Virus record (IMG/VR): IMGVR_UViG_3300025133_000023
Direction: 5' to 3' (one strand)
Origin: a virus
Length of the DNA stretch: 64,000 bases
Made by a program: the position numbers and the translations under genes. This document shows positions 35,203-46,325 of this stretch, in pieces (position 1 is the first letter of the stretch; each line of letters opens with the position of its first letter). The notes under the pieces are model-generated. The model was not told the DNA's origin, made no database searches, and worked only from the letters and a program-made list of their open reading frames with translations.

Positions 35203-36284
35203 GCCCAGCCCCATTCAACAACGCAAACATTATGAGAACCCCAAAAGAGGTTGCCCAAGACCAAGCTTCTATTGACCTTATCTTTAAGGTAATCAATAAG
35301 GAGTTTGGAAAAGGAACGATTGGAATACTAGGGAACTATGAAGTAGTCCCCTGCCCCACCATCTCTACTGGTTCTATTGGTCTTGACCTAGCTACCGGTG
35401 TTGGCGGGATTCCTAGAGGACGTATCATAGAAATCTATGGACCTGAATCTAGTGGTAAGACAACCCTATCTCTACAAATCATTGCAGAAGCTCAGAAAAG
35501 AGGTGGACGGTGTGCATTCATTGACGCTGAGCACGCACTTGATGTTGAATATGCACAAAAGCTTGGAGTTCACCTAGAGGGTCTCACTATCCACCAGCCA
35601 GACTGGGGAGAGATGGGTTTGAACGTAACCGAAAAGCTAACAACCACTGGTGCTTTCGACATCATTGTCATCGACTCTGTCGCTAACCTTGTTCCTAAGA
35701 AGGAACTTGAAGCAGACATGGGCAAGCAGCTACCAGGTCTGCAAGCAAGGATGATGGCCCAGGCCCTTAGAAAGCTTACTGCTATTGCAGAGAAAACCAA
35801 CACCACTATCATCTTCATCAATCAGATTCGATACAAGATTGGTGTGATGTTTGGTAGTCCAGAAACTACTCCAGGCGGTAATGCCCTTAAGTTCTACTGT
35901 TCTATGCGTCTAGATATTAGGCGTACAGGAAAGATTCAGAAGGACGGAGAGTTCCTTGGATGTAGTACCAAGGTGACTATTGTGAAGAACAAGGTGGCCG
36001 CACCATTTAAGAAGGCTGAGTTCAACATTCTCTTTGGTCAGGGAGTCGATCGAACAGCTGAACTAATTGACTTGGCTATTGAAAACAATGTAGTCAAGAA
36101 GAGCGGTAGCTGGTTCTCCTATAATGGAGCACAGCTAGGACAAGGCTCCGAAAAGGTTAAGGCTCTCTTCCTTAGTCAGCCTGACATCCGTGAAGAAATT
36201 GAGACCAAGGTCTTCAATATCCTATTCCCCTCTCCAACAGGAGTGAGCAATGACAAAGAAGAGGCCACAGCGACCGGAAGTTAA
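35199..36284 (+). CDS. recA: recombinase RecA
   Basis: [43 protein letters not shown]. Confidence 0.98.
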   Translation: MSPAPFNNANIMRTPKEVAQDQASIDLIFKVINKEFGKGTIGILGNYEVVPCPTISTGSIGLDLATGVGGIPRGRIIEIYGPESSGKTTLSLQIIAEAQKRGGRCAFIDAEHALDVEYAQKLGVHLEGLTIHQPDWGEMGLNVTEKLTTTGAFDIIVIDSVANLVPKKELEADMGKQLPGLQARMMAQALRKLTAIAEKTNTTIIFINQIRYKIGVMFGSPETTPGGNALKFYCSMRLDIRRTGKIQKDGEFLGCSTKVTIVKNKVAAPFKKAEFNILFGQGVDRTAELIDLAIENNVVKKSGSWFSYNGAQLGQGSEKVKALFLSQPDIREEIETKVFNILFPSPTGVSNDKEEATATGS

Positions 36285-37056
36285 AGACTGTTCAAAGTTG
36301 ATATGTAGCTGGCTTGATGAATTTAGGGCTGTGGTTGGTGTCGAAGAAGACATCGCCACACACCCTAGGCCATTTTATCCTTCACTACCTATTACAGCAT
36401 GGACTGGACCTATTCTAGGAAGCTGGTCTGACAGTCCAGAACATATGTTTTTCTCTATCTCTAAGCGTATGGTTAGGGGAAAGACAGGACGCATAAAGTT
36501 CCAAGCCAAAAGGTTAAAGGAAGTAACTGCTCGTAATTATAGGCCAACATGGATTCTAGAATACATTCTGGCTTCTCTATATCAAAATGAAGGACAAGCC
36601 CACATGATTAGACCTAACTCGAAGACTAATCTTCGAATAGGTTTGACTAAAGGTTTCAGCCTGACTGACATGTCCCTCTATATCTATTCTGTTTATGAAA
36701 ACATGAGAGATGCAGAGAATAATGACTACATGCTAACCCTGAAAGAAGAATATGATGGACCACCCCGTAGCCCTAGAGTCTACGGTCACTGGACAATCTA
36801 TCCTGCACTTCTTAATGACCACACTCACCCCTATGTTTTGGATGAGATTCGTAGAAGAGTTAAGGGGAGCGTAAAGCGTTTCATTCTCCTCCACGCAATC
36901 AACCTACACAGAACAGAAAGACGATTTTTTAATTGGATAGAGCGACACGGAGCTATGGAAGTTCTCGCTATGGATGATGACATCATCACCAAGACACTAG
37001 CCAAAGGTTTGAAGTCCTTTGTCGAGGAATGTGAAGTCTATGACAGACCGAAGTAA
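36250..37056 (+). CDS. hypothetical protein
   Basis: 268-aa ORF. Confidence 0.7.
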   Translation: MTKKRPQRPEVKDCSKLICSWLDEFRAVVGVEEDIATHPRPFYPSLPITAWTGPILGSWSDSPEHMFFSISKRMVRGKTGRIKFQAKRLKEVTARNYRPTWILEYILASLYQNEGQAHMIRPNSKTNLRIGLTKGFSLTDMSLYIYSVYENMRDAENNDYMLTLKEEYDGPPRSPRVYGHWTIYPALLNDHTHPYVLDEIRRRVKGSVKRFILLHAINLHRTERRFFNWIERHGAMEVLAMDDDIITKTLAKGLKSFVEECEVYDRPK

Positions 37057-37069
37057 TTGGAAAGAATAG

Positions 37070-38080
37070 ATGTTAAATATTATTGATAAGGAATACCTTA
37101 CTTTTGATGATGTCATGATGCTCCCTCAAACAAGTGATATTTCTTCACGAAGCCTAGTCGATGTATCTACTAAAGTAGGGCCGCTTGAACTGAATAATCC
37201 TATCATCTCTGCCAACATGGATACTATTACTGGACCAGTAATGTTAGAAGCAATGCAAAAGGCTGGAGGATGGGGCTATCTGCATAGATTTGTAGACGAG
37301 ACTACTCGTAAGCAATGGGCCTGTACACGTCGTCGCCCCGTCACCGTTGGCGTAGGAGAGGGAGAGCGTGAGTTCCTAAGGCAAATTATGGACTTTGACA
37401 TCAGTCATTTTCTTATCGATATCGCTCACGGTGACTCTAGGCAAACCATGGACATGATTAAGTTCATTCGATATGACTGGCCCGATGCAATCATCTGTGC
37501 GGGCAACGTAGCTACAGCTAATGCTGCCCTTATGTTAGCCGAAACAGGAGCTGACATTATCAAGGTAGGAGTAGGTCCAGGCAGTGTATGTATTACACGC
37601 TCTGTTACGGGCCATGGGGTCCCACAGTTAACAGCGATTGCAGACGTTGCTGAAGCCCTCAGGCCTCTCAACGTGGGCATTATTGCTGACGGAGGGATCC
37701 GGACATCAGGAGACATTGTAAAGGCCTTAGCTGCCGGTGCAGACGCTGTAATGATAGGGGGATTGTTCGCTGGCTGCGTGGAGACACCTGGTGAAAACAT
37801 TATCACCCCTAGTGGAAATTTTAAGGTCTATCGAGGCATGGCATCTAAGGAAGCCTATGCTGATAACCCTAATCGTAAAAGTAAGCATCCAACAGCAGAA
37901 GGAATCAACACCATGGTCCCCTCCAATGGACCAGCACAAGAAGTAGTTAGCAGATTAGTAGGTGGTATTCAATCAGGACTGACTTACTCTGGTGTAGCTA
38001 ATCTTACTGCCCTTAGAGAAAAGGCACAATTCATTCGGGTAACTCCCACTACATTGATTGAATCAGGAGTAAGACTATGA
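37070..38080 (+). CDS. IMP dehydrogenase / GMP reductase family (no CBS domains)
   Basis: [42 protein letters not shown]. Confidence 0.92.
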   Translation: MLNIIDKEYLTFDDVMMLPQTSDISSRSLVDVSTKVGPLELNNPIISANMDTITGPVMLEAMQKAGGWGYLHRFVDETTRKQWACTRRRPVTVGVGEGEREFLRQIMDFDISHFLIDIAHGDSRQTMDMIKFIRYDWPDAIICAGNVATANAALMLAETGADIIKVGVGPGSVCITRSVTGHGVPQLTAIADVAEALRPLNVGIIADGGIRTSGDIVKALAAGADAVMIGGLFAGCVETPGENIITPSGNFKVYRGMASKEAYADNPNRKSKHPTAEGINTMVPSNGPAQEVVSRLVGGIQSGLTYSGVANLTALREKAQFIRVTPTTLIESGVRL

Positions 38081-38115
38081 AAGTACCAATGAGTGTCGAC
38101 ACGCGAGGCTAAACA

Positions 38116-38559
38116 ATGAAGAAATACACACTAGGCTTTGCCTTCATACCAAAAGTTGAGCTAATGGTGATGATTCATAAGAACCGAGGACCCCGTGGGG
38201 TAAAGGGACTATGGAATGGATTAGGCGGTAAGCTTGAAGAAGGTGAAACCCTACACGAATGCATGACTAGAGAGTTCCAAGAAGAGTGCGGTCTTTATAT
38301 ACCAGAGGAAGACTGGAGTCACTTCGCCACATTTGGTGACGGTGAAACCTGGGAAGTTTACTGCTTTAAGACGGTACTGCCTGAAGGGCATGCCAACCCA
38401 CAAACAATGGAGGACGAAGAGGTCGATTATCAAGCTGTATGGGATGATGTTGTTTTAAATGAATGCATTACCACATCTCGACACTTCAAGTACCTAACCT
38501 TGCTAGCGAAAGACAGCAGGCTAGTTAATCCACCTCCATACTTTAGATTCAATTTCTAA
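38116..38559 (+). CDS. Nudix hydrolase (MutT-like)
   Basis: GGKLEEGETLHECMTREFQEECG Nudix box. Confidence 0.88.
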   Translation: MKKYTLGFAFIPKVELMVMIHKNRGPRGVKGLWNGLGGKLEEGETLHECMTREFQEECGLYIPEEDWSHFATFGDGETWEVYCFKTVLPEGHANPQTMEDEEVDYQAVWDDVVLNECITTSRHFKYLTLLAKDSRLVNPPPYFRFNF

Positions 38560-38570
38560 GAGGAAAGATC

Positions 38571-39182
38571 ATGGGAGCACACGATTACACCGTAACCTAC
38601 GGACCAATGAGCAAGAGCAAAGTCAGAAAAGAATGGGCCCTACAGATCGAAGACGATCGTGCTGAGACTGGAGGCGGTGCTTACGCAGGAAACGCCACGA
38701 CAATGCATGGTCCTGTTTGGTTTGAAGACCGAAAGTTTGCTTCCTACAACAGGGCCGTGGACTTTGTCCTAGACAACCACCAGAAATGGACAGGCCCAAT
38801 TGCCTGCTCCTATGCCATTGCCTATGCCCCTACCGACAGAGAGCTAGCCAAACGGCAGAAGCTTAGCGATGCAGTCAGAGCCAGCCAGCAGAAACTGGTT
38901 GATATGAGACAGAAGATGACAAAGGACTTCTATGAAAGGAAGTCTAGGTTTGTTGGTTGTCAAGAGTGTAAGTCAAGGATAAGCATTGACTATATGCAGA
39001 AGAAAAAACACAGCCTTAGCTGTCCTGTGTGTGGACACTCATTCATTAGCAAGACCAATCAAGATAAACTAACCGCTGCCGATATTAAGGTAGCCAAAGC
39101 AAACGACAGACTAGCTCTCGCAAACAAGCCAAGACCAAGCAAGGAGTTTGGTTGGGTTGTAGGCGGCTGGGCAGCCTGTTAA
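38571..39182 (+). CDS. hypothetical protein with CxxC..CxxC
   Basis: CQEC, CPVC. Confidence 0.7.
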   Translation: MGAHDYTVTYGPMSKSKVRKEWALQIEDDRAETGGGAYAGNATTMHGPVWFEDRKFASYNRAVDFVLDNHQKWTGPIACSYAIAYAPTDRELAKRQKLSDAVRASQQKLVDMRQKMTKDFYERKSRFVGCQECKSRISIDYMQKKKHSLSCPVCGHSFISKTNQDKLTAADIKVAKANDRLALANKPRPSKEFGWVVGGWAAC

Positions 39183-39231
39183 ATCATAACTAGCTGCCAT
39201 CTAGTTTTATCAACTGGCATCAGGAGATAGC

Positions 39232-42200
39232 ATGAGCTTCGTACATCTACACAATCACACAGAGTATTCTCTTCTTGACGGGATCACCCGTATCAGCGAG
39301 CTCCCTTCGGCTGTAAAGGAAATGGGAATGCCAGCCATCAGTATTACTGATCATGGTTCCCTAGCAGGAACACTCAGGTTTTATGACGAGTGTGTTAAGG
39401 CTAATATCAAGCCCATCATAGGGCTTGAAGCATACTTCAGTGAAGAGCGTTCCTTAAGGGCTGTTGATGAATTAGAAAAGTCATTCTATCACCTGGTGCT
39501 ACTTGCTAAGACCGAGCAAGGCTTTCGCAATCTAATCAAAATGAACTCCCTAGGTTGGGAGACGGGCTTCTATAAGAAGGGCCGTATTGATGACAAACTC
39601 CTTGAAGAGTACGGTGATGGGATCATTGCTACTTCAGCCTGTCTGGGTGGACGGATAGCTCAGCTGTTCCGCCGTGGCTCCAGAAAAGCTGCAGAGCATA
39701 AGATTCTCTATTACCGTGAACTCTTCAGGGAGAATTTCTTTCTAGAGATTCAGGACCACGACATCCCTGAACAAGTAGAGCTGAATAAGTTCCTTCTAGA
39801 AATTGGAGCCAAGTATGACATTCCTCCTATCCTTACAGGAGACTGTCACTATCTAAACCGTGTTGACGGTGGCGGTACTGACTCACCCCATGAGTTACTG
39901 CTTGGTGTTCAGACAAACAAGACAGTTAACGATCCTAAGAAGTTCTCCTTCGACCAAAGGGAGCACTGGGTTAAGTCTCCAAGAGAAATCCAAGAGGTAA
40001 TCGACCGTAATGGTTGGCCTCAGGATCTCATGACGAACACGTTATCTATTGCCAACATGTGTGACGGAGATTACTTCGGGACCATTCGAGGCAACTACAT
40101 GCCCAAGGTGGAGGACTTCACCAAGTGGCCTAAGTTCCTCAAGAAGGATGCCAGTAAGATTCTAGAGTACGAAGCCAAGTGTGGATTAGTGAAGCGCTTT
40201 GGTGATGTTAGCTCTATTCCTGACAAATATAAGGAACGACTTAACTATGAGCTTGGAGTTATCTCTGAGCTTGGATACTCTGACTATTTCCTCATCGTAC
40301 AGGACTATACCGAGTGGGCCAAGGAACGAGAAATCCAAATTGGCCCTGGTCGAGGTAGTGTTGGGGGTAGCCTGGTGGCATGGGCTCTTGCCCTTACCTC
40401 CAGGGCTTGTGATCCTATTAAGAATGGTCTCTACTTTGAGAGGTTCCTCAACAAGTCACGAGTAAGTCCCCCAGATATTGACTCTGACTTTCAGAGGTCT
40501 AGACGAGAAGAGGTCTTGGAATATGTCCGCTCCAAGTATGGAGAAGATTATGTTGCTCATATCGGGACAAACGGAACGTTCCATCCTCGATCCGCAGCTA
40601 AAGACATGGCGCGTATTTACGGAATGTCCAGCTACGACATTAAGCAGTTGCAGGACGGTATTCCAGAGACGTGGCGAGGACTCCCTCCTACTATTGAAGA
40701 TTGTGAACGGCAGTTTCCAGCTCTCACCACCGGTAAGTTCTCAGAGATCTGGGCCAAGGCTGTTAGAATCGTCGGCCTACCGCGCACTGCGGGAAGTCAT
40801 GCAAGCGGAGTTGTTATTGGAACGGGTGCACCTCTTAGGGATGTAGTCCCCATGTACAAAAGAGCCAAAGGCAAGATGATGATCACCGAGTTCGACATGA
40901 ACGAACTCGAAGACCTAGGCTTTTTCAAATTTGACTTCCTTGGACTCAAGAACCTCGATGTCGTTGACAAGAGCCTTGAATTCATTGAGCAAAATCATGG
41001 AAAGAGAATTGATCTAGATGCTGTTAGTCACAAAGACCCCGCAGTCTTCGACCTTATGTGTCGTGGAAAACTCAGTGGGGTTTTTCAGTTGGAGAAATCC
41101 CTTCGTAATATCACGATCAGAGTCCAGCCAAGAAGTCTTGATCATCTTTCTGCTATCAATGCACTTGGAAGGCCGGGACCACGAGACGCGGGTCTTGTCG
41201 AACAATACGTATCAAATAGACACGCTGCTAGCTATGAACTCCCCTACTCTGAGAAACTCTCTGAAGTTCTTCGGCCCATTCTTGAAGAATCTTTTGGGGT
41301 GATGGCCTATCAGGAACAAATCATGCGCATGGCTCAGGAGATTAGTGGCTTCTCATTGGTAGAAGCTGACAATCTTCGTAAAGCTATTGGCAAGAAGAAG
41401 CGTGACCTCATGGATAAGATGAGGTTCCAGTTTGTAGAAGGTGCCGTAGATAACGGACACAACCGAAAAGAAGTAGAAACCCTTTGGGGTAGTCGAGATG
41501 AAGTCACAGGCAAGGGTAGTGGCATCGTTGGCTTCGCTGACTATTGCTTTAACAAAGCTCACTCCTTTGCTTACAGCATCCTCTCCTACAGAGAGGCATG
41601 GCTTAAGTGCTTCTATCCTGCTGAATTCATGGCAGCTCTTATGTCCTATGAAGAGAATCATGACCTTATCAGTGCCTATGTCGCAGAAGCTAAGTCTCTT
41701 GACGTAGAGGTGAGAGGCCCCAGTGTTAACATCTCTAGGAACGGCTTCACATTCGATAACCAAAGAGCTATCGTCTTTGGTCTTGACTCTATCAAGGGGC
41801 TAGGCAAGCAAGCCGTAGCCGCTATTGTCAAGGCTAGGGGGAAGAAGGGATTTAGTTCCTTCGAGGACTTCTACGGTAGGGTTGACCAACGTAAGGTTAA
41901 CCGTGGAGTCATTGAGAAGCTCATCTTTGCAGGAGCTTTCGATGAGTTCAAGTACTCTAGGCAAACACTGCTTGACCATCTCGATGGACATAATAAATAT
42001 TATTCAGACGTAGTCAAATATCATGAAAGACTGTTAGAGTGTGCAAAGCGTGATGATGAAGTTGCAATTGCAAAAGGTAAACTCTTTGAAATTGAGGCCG
42101 CTATGGCATTAATTCCAATGAGGAGAAAGGACAAGGTTACCAAGTCTCCAGACGATCAGGAAACCTTTGACGCCCTAAGAGCAAAGAAAATGCTTTGGAG

Positions 42201-42654
42201 AAAGGCAAGACCGCTAAAAGTTCCAGAGCAGCCAGTCCTTGAGACTATTCCTGTTCACTCAGGACCCAGACCAATCACCCTTGACCTATTGGGCAAGGAA
42301 CGAGAGGTACTTGGGTATTATGTCTCTTTGCATCCAACTGACTTTATTACAACAGACAACCAAACTAACCACATCAACGAGATCCTGTCCGGTGACACTG
42401 GCATTTGTAACGGTGTGATTACAAGCATTAAGCGAATTATTACAAAGAGAACACGTCAACCGATGTGCTTCTTAACCATTGAGGATGCCACAGGGATGGC
42501 GGAAGTCGTAGTCTTCTCCTCTCTGTATGTGAAGTGTGCAAATAGTTTAGAAGTTGGTAGGGTAGTTCGGCTCATTTTTGATGCTGAAACTGAAGATATT
42601 CAGCCTATCAAGCTGAAAGCAAAGAGCATTCGCCTAGTGGAAGTGGAGGACTAG
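39232..42654 (+). CDS. dnaE: DNA polymerase III alpha subunit
   Basis: PHP HLHNHTEYSLLDG, GRGSVGGS, FERFLN, PDIDSDF, HASGVV, FDFLGL, FNKAHS, C-terminal OB fold. Confidence 0.98.
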   Translation: MSFVHLHNHTEYSLLDGITRISELPSAVKEMGMPAISITDHGSLAGTLRFYDECVKANIKPIIGLEAYFSEERSLRAVDELEKSFYHLVLLAKTEQGFRNLIKMNSLGWETGFYKKGRIDDKLLEEYGDGIIATSACLGGRIAQLFRRGSRKAAEHKILYYRELFRENFFLEIQDHDIPEQVELNKFLLEIGAKYDIPPILTGDCHYLNRVDGGGTDSPHELLLGVQTNKTVNDPKKFSFDQREHWVKSPREIQEVIDRNGWPQDLMTNTLSIANMCDGDYFGTIRGNYMPKVEDFTKWPKFLKKDASKILEYEAKCGLVKRFGDVSSIPDKYKERLNYELGVISELGYSDYFLIVQDYTEWAKEREIQIGPGRGSVGGSLVAWALALTSRACDPIKNGLYFERFLNKSRVSPPDIDSDFQRSRREEVLEYVRSKYGEDYVAHIGTNGTFHPRSAAKDMARIYGMSSYDIKQLQDGIPETWRGLPPTIEDCERQFPALTTGKFSEIWAKAVRIVGLPRTAGSHASGVVIGTGAPLRDVVPMYKRAKGKMMITEFDMNELEDLGFFKFDFLGLKNLDVVDKSLEFIEQNHGKRIDLDAVSHKDPAVFDLMCRGKLSGVFQLEKSLRNITIRVQPRSLDHLSAINALGRPGPRDAGLVEQYVSNRHAASYELPYSEKLSEVLRPILEESFGVMAYQEQIMRMAQEISGFSLVEADNLRKAIGKKKRDLMDKMRFQFVEGAVDNGHNRKEVETLWGSRDEVTGKGSGIVGFADYCFNKAHSFAYSILSYREAWLKCFYPAEFMAALMSYEENHDLISAYVAEAKSLDVEVRGPSVNISRNGFTFDNQRAIVFGLDSIKGLGKQAVAAIVKARGKKGFSSFEDFYGRVDQRKVNRGVIEKLIFAGAFDEFKYSRQTLLDHLDGHNKYYSDVVKYHERLLECAKRDDEVAIAKGKLFEIEAAMALIPMRRKDKVTKSPDDQETFDALRAKKMLWRKARPLKVPEQPVLETIPVHSGPRPITLDLLGKEREVLGYYVSLHPTDFITTDNQTNHINEILSGDTGICNGVITSIKRIITKRTRQPMCFLTIEDATGMAEVVVFSSLYVKCANSLEVGRVVRLIFDAETEDIQPIKLKAKSIRLVEVED

Positions 42655-42674
42655 GGGTTAACCCCTAGTTCCTC
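42646..42674. terminator. palindromic hairpin after dnaE
   Basis: GAGGA-CTAGGGG-TTAA-CCCCTAG-TTCCTC. Confidence 0.5.
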
Positions 42675-42688
42675 CCAAAGGAATATAT

Positions 42689-43834
42689 ATGGCTAAAAGT
42701 AAGTTTAGATTTTGGACAAAGGAAGAAGACACCGTTGTTATTGATAACAGAGATACCCACACAGATGCAGAAATCGTGGTGCTCCTTGCATCGGAAGGCT
42801 ATATGCGGAGTAGAGATGCAGTGGGACGCCGCGCAAGACGCCTCGGGCTCAATTCGGCCAGTGTCCAAGCGGTGGCTACTGACTCTGGATTCGGGGTGGC
42901 GGCTGTTAAGCCTCCTACGAAGCTCGAACTCAAAAGAATCGAAGTAGCCAAGGACATTGATGTTCAGTGGAAGAAAATCCTTGAGATGAGTAAGACCTTT
43001 AAGGAGTACCCAGTTAATAGGACGAGGGGATTTGCCCAGCCACAGCGACGTATCGTCAGCTTGTCTGATATTCACTTCCCCTTCCAGCATGACGAATTCC
43101 TTGAGGAAGCTGTCGACATGGCCAAGGGCTGTGACGTACTGGTACTTAATGGTGACATCTTTGACTGCTATGGAATCTCTACCTTCAAGAAGGCTAAGAA
43201 AATCCCTCTGCTTAGAGAGTATGCAATCGTTCTTGAGTTCCTAAAGGGCCTAGTCAATCAGTTCCCTATTATTGTTCTCAATGCAGGCAATCACGAAGAA
43301 AGGTTCTCTGGAACCTTACAGACAGCATTGCAGATGACAACTGAACCACCAGTAGGTGATGACCTTATGACTCGCCTAGCTCGTGGAGATATTTACGATG
43401 AGGACGGAACTCTTGCAGGAAACTACAACTGGGACAACGTCATCTACAATCCTCTACAGTCATGGTGGACTAAGATTGGCAAGACAATCTTCTGTCACCC
43501 AAGGAACTTCTCTCGTCGTCCAGGAGCCACCGTTAAACAAGCAGCTGACTGGTTCCATCAGGTAGATCATGTGGGAGAGTGGGACTCAATCGTAATGGGT
43601 CATACTCACCAGGCAGCAAAGTTCATCTATGAGGGACGTCTCATGATGGAGCAAGCTTGTCTCACCGCAGTCCACGCCTATCAGTGGGCATCACACATTC
43701 GCTATGTTGGACAAGCCAACGGCTTCGCTGAAGTCTGGCAAGACAAGGACGGCAATACAAACTATGACAAGTCTAGGATTATTTATCTTGGACAGCAGAG
43801 TCCACCAGCGACAAAGGTAATATTAGATGACTAA
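42689..43834 (+). CDS. metallophosphoesterase with N-terminal helical/HTH domain
   Basis: SDIHFP, NGDIFD, GNHEE, HP, GHTH. Confidence 0.85.
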   Translation: MAKSKFRFWTKEEDTVVIDNRDTHTDAEIVVLLASEGYMRSRDAVGRRARRLGLNSASVQAVATDSGFGVAAVKPPTKLELKRIEVAKDIDVQWKKILEMSKTFKEYPVNRTRGFAQPQRRIVSLSDIHFPFQHDEFLEEAVDMAKGCDVLVLNGDIFDCYGISTFKKAKKIPLLREYAIVLEFLKGLVNQFPIIVLNAGNHEERFSGTLQTALQMTTEPPVGDDLMTRLARGDIYDEDGTLAGNYNWDNVIYNPLQSWWTKIGKTIFCHPRNFSRRPGATVKQAADWFHQVDHVGEWDSIVMGHTHQAAKFIYEGRLMMEQACLTAVHAYQWASHIRYVGQANGFAEVWQDKDGNTNYDKSRIIYLGQQSPPATKVILDD

Positions 43835-44111
43835 AGACGGATTTAAAGACCTCCTAGGCATGGTAAATGCCACAGATGAAAAGATTGATGACCTGGCCTT
43901 CGCCGTGAGGGAGTCTATAACTGCCTTGGGCGGAGACGCTGTGAAGATGGCTGTTCAGATTGTCACCATCTATCGTCTGCTATTGGAACTAGACTTAACA
44001 ACGGAAGAGAAATTTAAGGAGATGTTCCTTAACACAGCAGCAACTATGCAAGAGCAAAACCTCGCCAACACAGCGCAGGAAACAGACGAGCTATCAGACA
44101 TTAGTGTCTAA
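43827..44111 (+). CDS. hypothetical protein
   Basis: Coupled ORF. Confidence 0.65.
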   Translation: MTKDGFKDLLGMVNATDEKIDDLAFAVRESITALGGDAVKMAVQIVTIYRLLLELDLTTEEKFKEMFLNTAATMQEQNLANTAQETDELSDISV

Positions 44112-44124
44112 GGAATAAGGAAAC

Positions 44125-45129
44125 ATGGGAGAAATATTTGACGTACTCGACCAATCGAAAATGAGCCGTGGTCCCATCAAGGGGGACTACACAACAAACC
44201 TTTACCCAAGTGAAGGCGCGGCTGAGGTGGGAGGCGTAGTCTATGGCAAGTGTATGCGTGCCTGCTTCTTCCGTTACATGGGAAGTACCGGACAGGAAGT
44301 AAAGCTTGAAGACGGTACAGTGGCTGTTCCACAGTCAACAAGACCTGGGCCCAAGGCACAGTGGATCTTTAAAGCAGGCAACATGTTTGAGGATGCAATC
44401 CTTGAAGCTGCCCGAGATGCACGTATTCTTTTACAGGGTCATCTCAAAATCTCTATCCCTATTGCTGGACTTAAGCTTAACGGTGAAGTCGACATGGTCT
44501 TTCAAGATAAGAACGGAGACCCAGTAGGGATTGAAGTTAAGTCTGTTCATGGATCTATGGCTGAGTCTCATATCATTGGGACTGCAGGAATGAGGCGGAA
44601 GGGGCTCAAGGGTGAGCCTAAGCCTGAGCACGTCATCCAGACTGCTATCTATGCTTGGCATTTACGTGAGCAAATCCCAAGGTTCAAGCTTCTCTACATT
44701 ATGAGAGGTAAATGTTTCAGGGAAGAGTTTGAGGTCATAGTTAAGAAGGACGCAGAGGGACGTCGTCAGATTTATATCGACGGCAAGCTCTGGAAGTACT
44801 TCAATCTTGACGATGTCTTTGACAGGTATAAGAAGCTTGCTTTCAACATCAATTCAGGTAAGTTGCCTGGTCGCGACTACACTCTTCTTTATGATGATGA
44901 TGCCATGAACCAGCTACTCAAGGATGGAAAGCTTACTCGTGGAGTCAAGGCCGACTGGACCAAGTACTGGGGCAGAGAGACGGACCATGCTAAGTGGACC
45001 GAGGCTGATAAAGAACTAAGAGGCAAAGAGCCTCGCAGACTGAAGCGCCCCCTAAAGGGAGACTGGCAATGTAGTTACTGCGACTTCCAAAGCCTATGCT
45101 GGAAGAAGGACGCTTCACCAAGGAAATAA
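44125..45129 (+). CDS. Cas4-like PD-(D/E)XK exonuclease
   Basis: N-terminal Cys, GEVD, EVKS, QxxxY (QTAIY), CSYCDF..C. Confidence 0.8.
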   Translation: MGEIFDVLDQSKMSRGPIKGDYTTNLYPSEGAAEVGGVVYGKCMRACFFRYMGSTGQEVKLEDGTVAVPQSTRPGPKAQWIFKAGNMFEDAILEAARDARILLQGHLKISIPIAGLKLNGEVDMVFQDKNGDPVGIEVKSVHGSMAESHIIGTAGMRRKGLKGEPKPEHVIQTAIYAWHLREQIPRFKLLYIMRGKCFREEFEVIVKKDAEGRRQIYIDGKLWKYFNLDDVFDRYKKLAFNINSGKLPGRDYTLLYDDDAMNQLLKDGKLTRGVKADWTKYWGRETDHAKWTEADKELRGKEPRRLKRPLKGDWQCSYCDFQSLCWKKDASPRK

Positions 45130-45131
45130 AG

Positions 45132-45347
45132 ATGCTTCAAGCGAATGATCTACCTAGCCTCGCCCTTACCGTTAAGAGACCACAAACTCCAATCTGTCAT
45201 GGAGGAAAACTTGTGGAATTCATGACAGGCAGAACGAGCTACTACATTAACGATGATCTTGTTAGTGAAGACACCTTCCGTAAAGTCAGCTTCTATGTTC
45301 AGGTAGCTTATGACTCTTGTGGAGGCGATGATAATGCAGACACTTAG
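45132..45347 (+). CDS. small hypothetical protein
   Basis: ATG after AGGAAA. Confidence 0.55.
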   Translation: MLQANDLPSLALTVKRPQTPICHGGKLVEFMTGRTSYYINDDLVSEDTFRKVSFYVQVAYDSCGGDDNADT

Positions 45348-45636
45348 ACGAACACAGCTTGTCTTTGATGATATCGAAGACCTAACAGCAATTATAATTG
45401 AAGTTATTGTTGAAGCTATGGATATCTTTGGTGAACTTGATGGTCGAGACCCAGACGTTGTTGACTTGATCGAAGACCTAACAGACCTAGAGGTGTGGGA
45501 GGTCGTTGAGATTTTCAAGGGACTGCTCGAAGCAAATGAAGACATGTTTTTGTTTGAATTTGAAGCTCTCACACGGTGGGAGGTTGTCGACCCAGACTTC
45601 CATGAACGGGTAGTTGATTGTCTTGATGACGAATAA
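45310..45636 (+). CDS. acidic hypothetical protein
   Basis: Asp/Glu-rich ORF. Confidence 0.65.
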   Translation: MTLVEAMIMQTLRRTQLVFDDIEDLTAIIIEVIVEAMDIFGELDGRDPDVVDLIEDLTDLEVWEVVEIFKGLLEANEDMFLFEFEALTRWEVVDPDFHERVVDCLDDE

Positions 45637-45907
45637 GCTCCACTATCATGAAGTTTTATTTTATCGCCTAAAGTGGCCAGTTAAACAAGAGCTGATGCGT
45701 TTGTTTGGTTGGAAAACAGTAGAAGAAGCTGCGCAGGAATTTGATTTCCTACCTCAAGACTACCTGCCATACATACTAACAACTCCTCCCATATGGGAGG
45801 GAGACATTCTCTACTATGAAGGTGACATCTTCATGAGTAGGTACAAAGGAAAGACACATGATCTCACGCAATCAGCTGACAGATTATCTTCGAACACACT
45901 GGATTAA
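45614..45907 (+). CDS. hypothetical protein
   Basis: Fills gap. Confidence 0.6.
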   Translation: MIVLMTNKLHYHEVLFYRLKWPVKQELMRLFGWKTVEEAAQEFDFLPQDYLPYILTTPPIWEGDILYYEGDIFMSRYKGKTHDLTQSADRLSSNTLD

Positions 45908-46325
45908 TGACGTTGACAGCGTAGCTACGGGCATTCAGGCCTGGCTAAGCACTATTAACGTTCCCGCTAAGACAGTGGTAACACATACAACAACCCCAAG
46001 CACTTCTCGTTCTGAAGCTGGTCGGAAGGCAGCTGCAACGCGTACAGCAGCTCGAACTTGGGTCTCCAGAGACGGTAAGAGCTACGTAGTATTCTCTCGT
46101 GATGACACCAATGGTGTGAGAGTTCCGCGTACTTTTGTTCGGGACCGTCTGGGTGCAAGCCCTGGTGACAATGTATTAATCGTTGGAACTAAGGGAATCA
46201 GTTCAACCTCCTTAACCGTTAGACGTGATGGTAGCCTGTACGTAGGCTCTAGCATTATTAACGGATTTAAGAACTTGAGCTTCCGGTTCCGGACAGACAA
46301 CGGTAAGCTTGTAATCAAGGCGTAA
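45858..46325 (+). CDS. putative AbrB/SpoVT-like DNA-binding protein
   Basis: GVRVP..VRDRLGASPGD swapped-hairpin-like pattern; AGRKAAATR helix. Confidence 0.5.
   Translation: MISRNQLTDYLRTHWINDVDSVATGIQAWLSTINVPAKTVVTHTTTPSTSRSEAGRKAAATRTAARTWVSRDGKSYVVFSRDDTNGVRVPRTFVRDRLGASPGDNVLIVGTKGISSTSLTVRRDGSLYVGSSIINGFKNLSFRFRTDNGKLVIKA

Noticed and set aside
37426-37806. Long antisense ORFs opposite conserved genes (also 32221, 41353, 42665, 45150)
   Set aside because: No RBS or recognisable motifs; typical antisense shadows.
31985-42654. Inteins or introns in nrdJ, recA or dnaE
   Set aside because: Lengths are normal and no C/S...HN splice motifs or homing domains are visible; the helical insert late in DnaE lacks intein features.
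44125-45129. Cas4-like gene as sign of a CRISPR-Cas system
   Set aside because: No array or other cas genes; standalone Cas4-like nucleases are common in phages.
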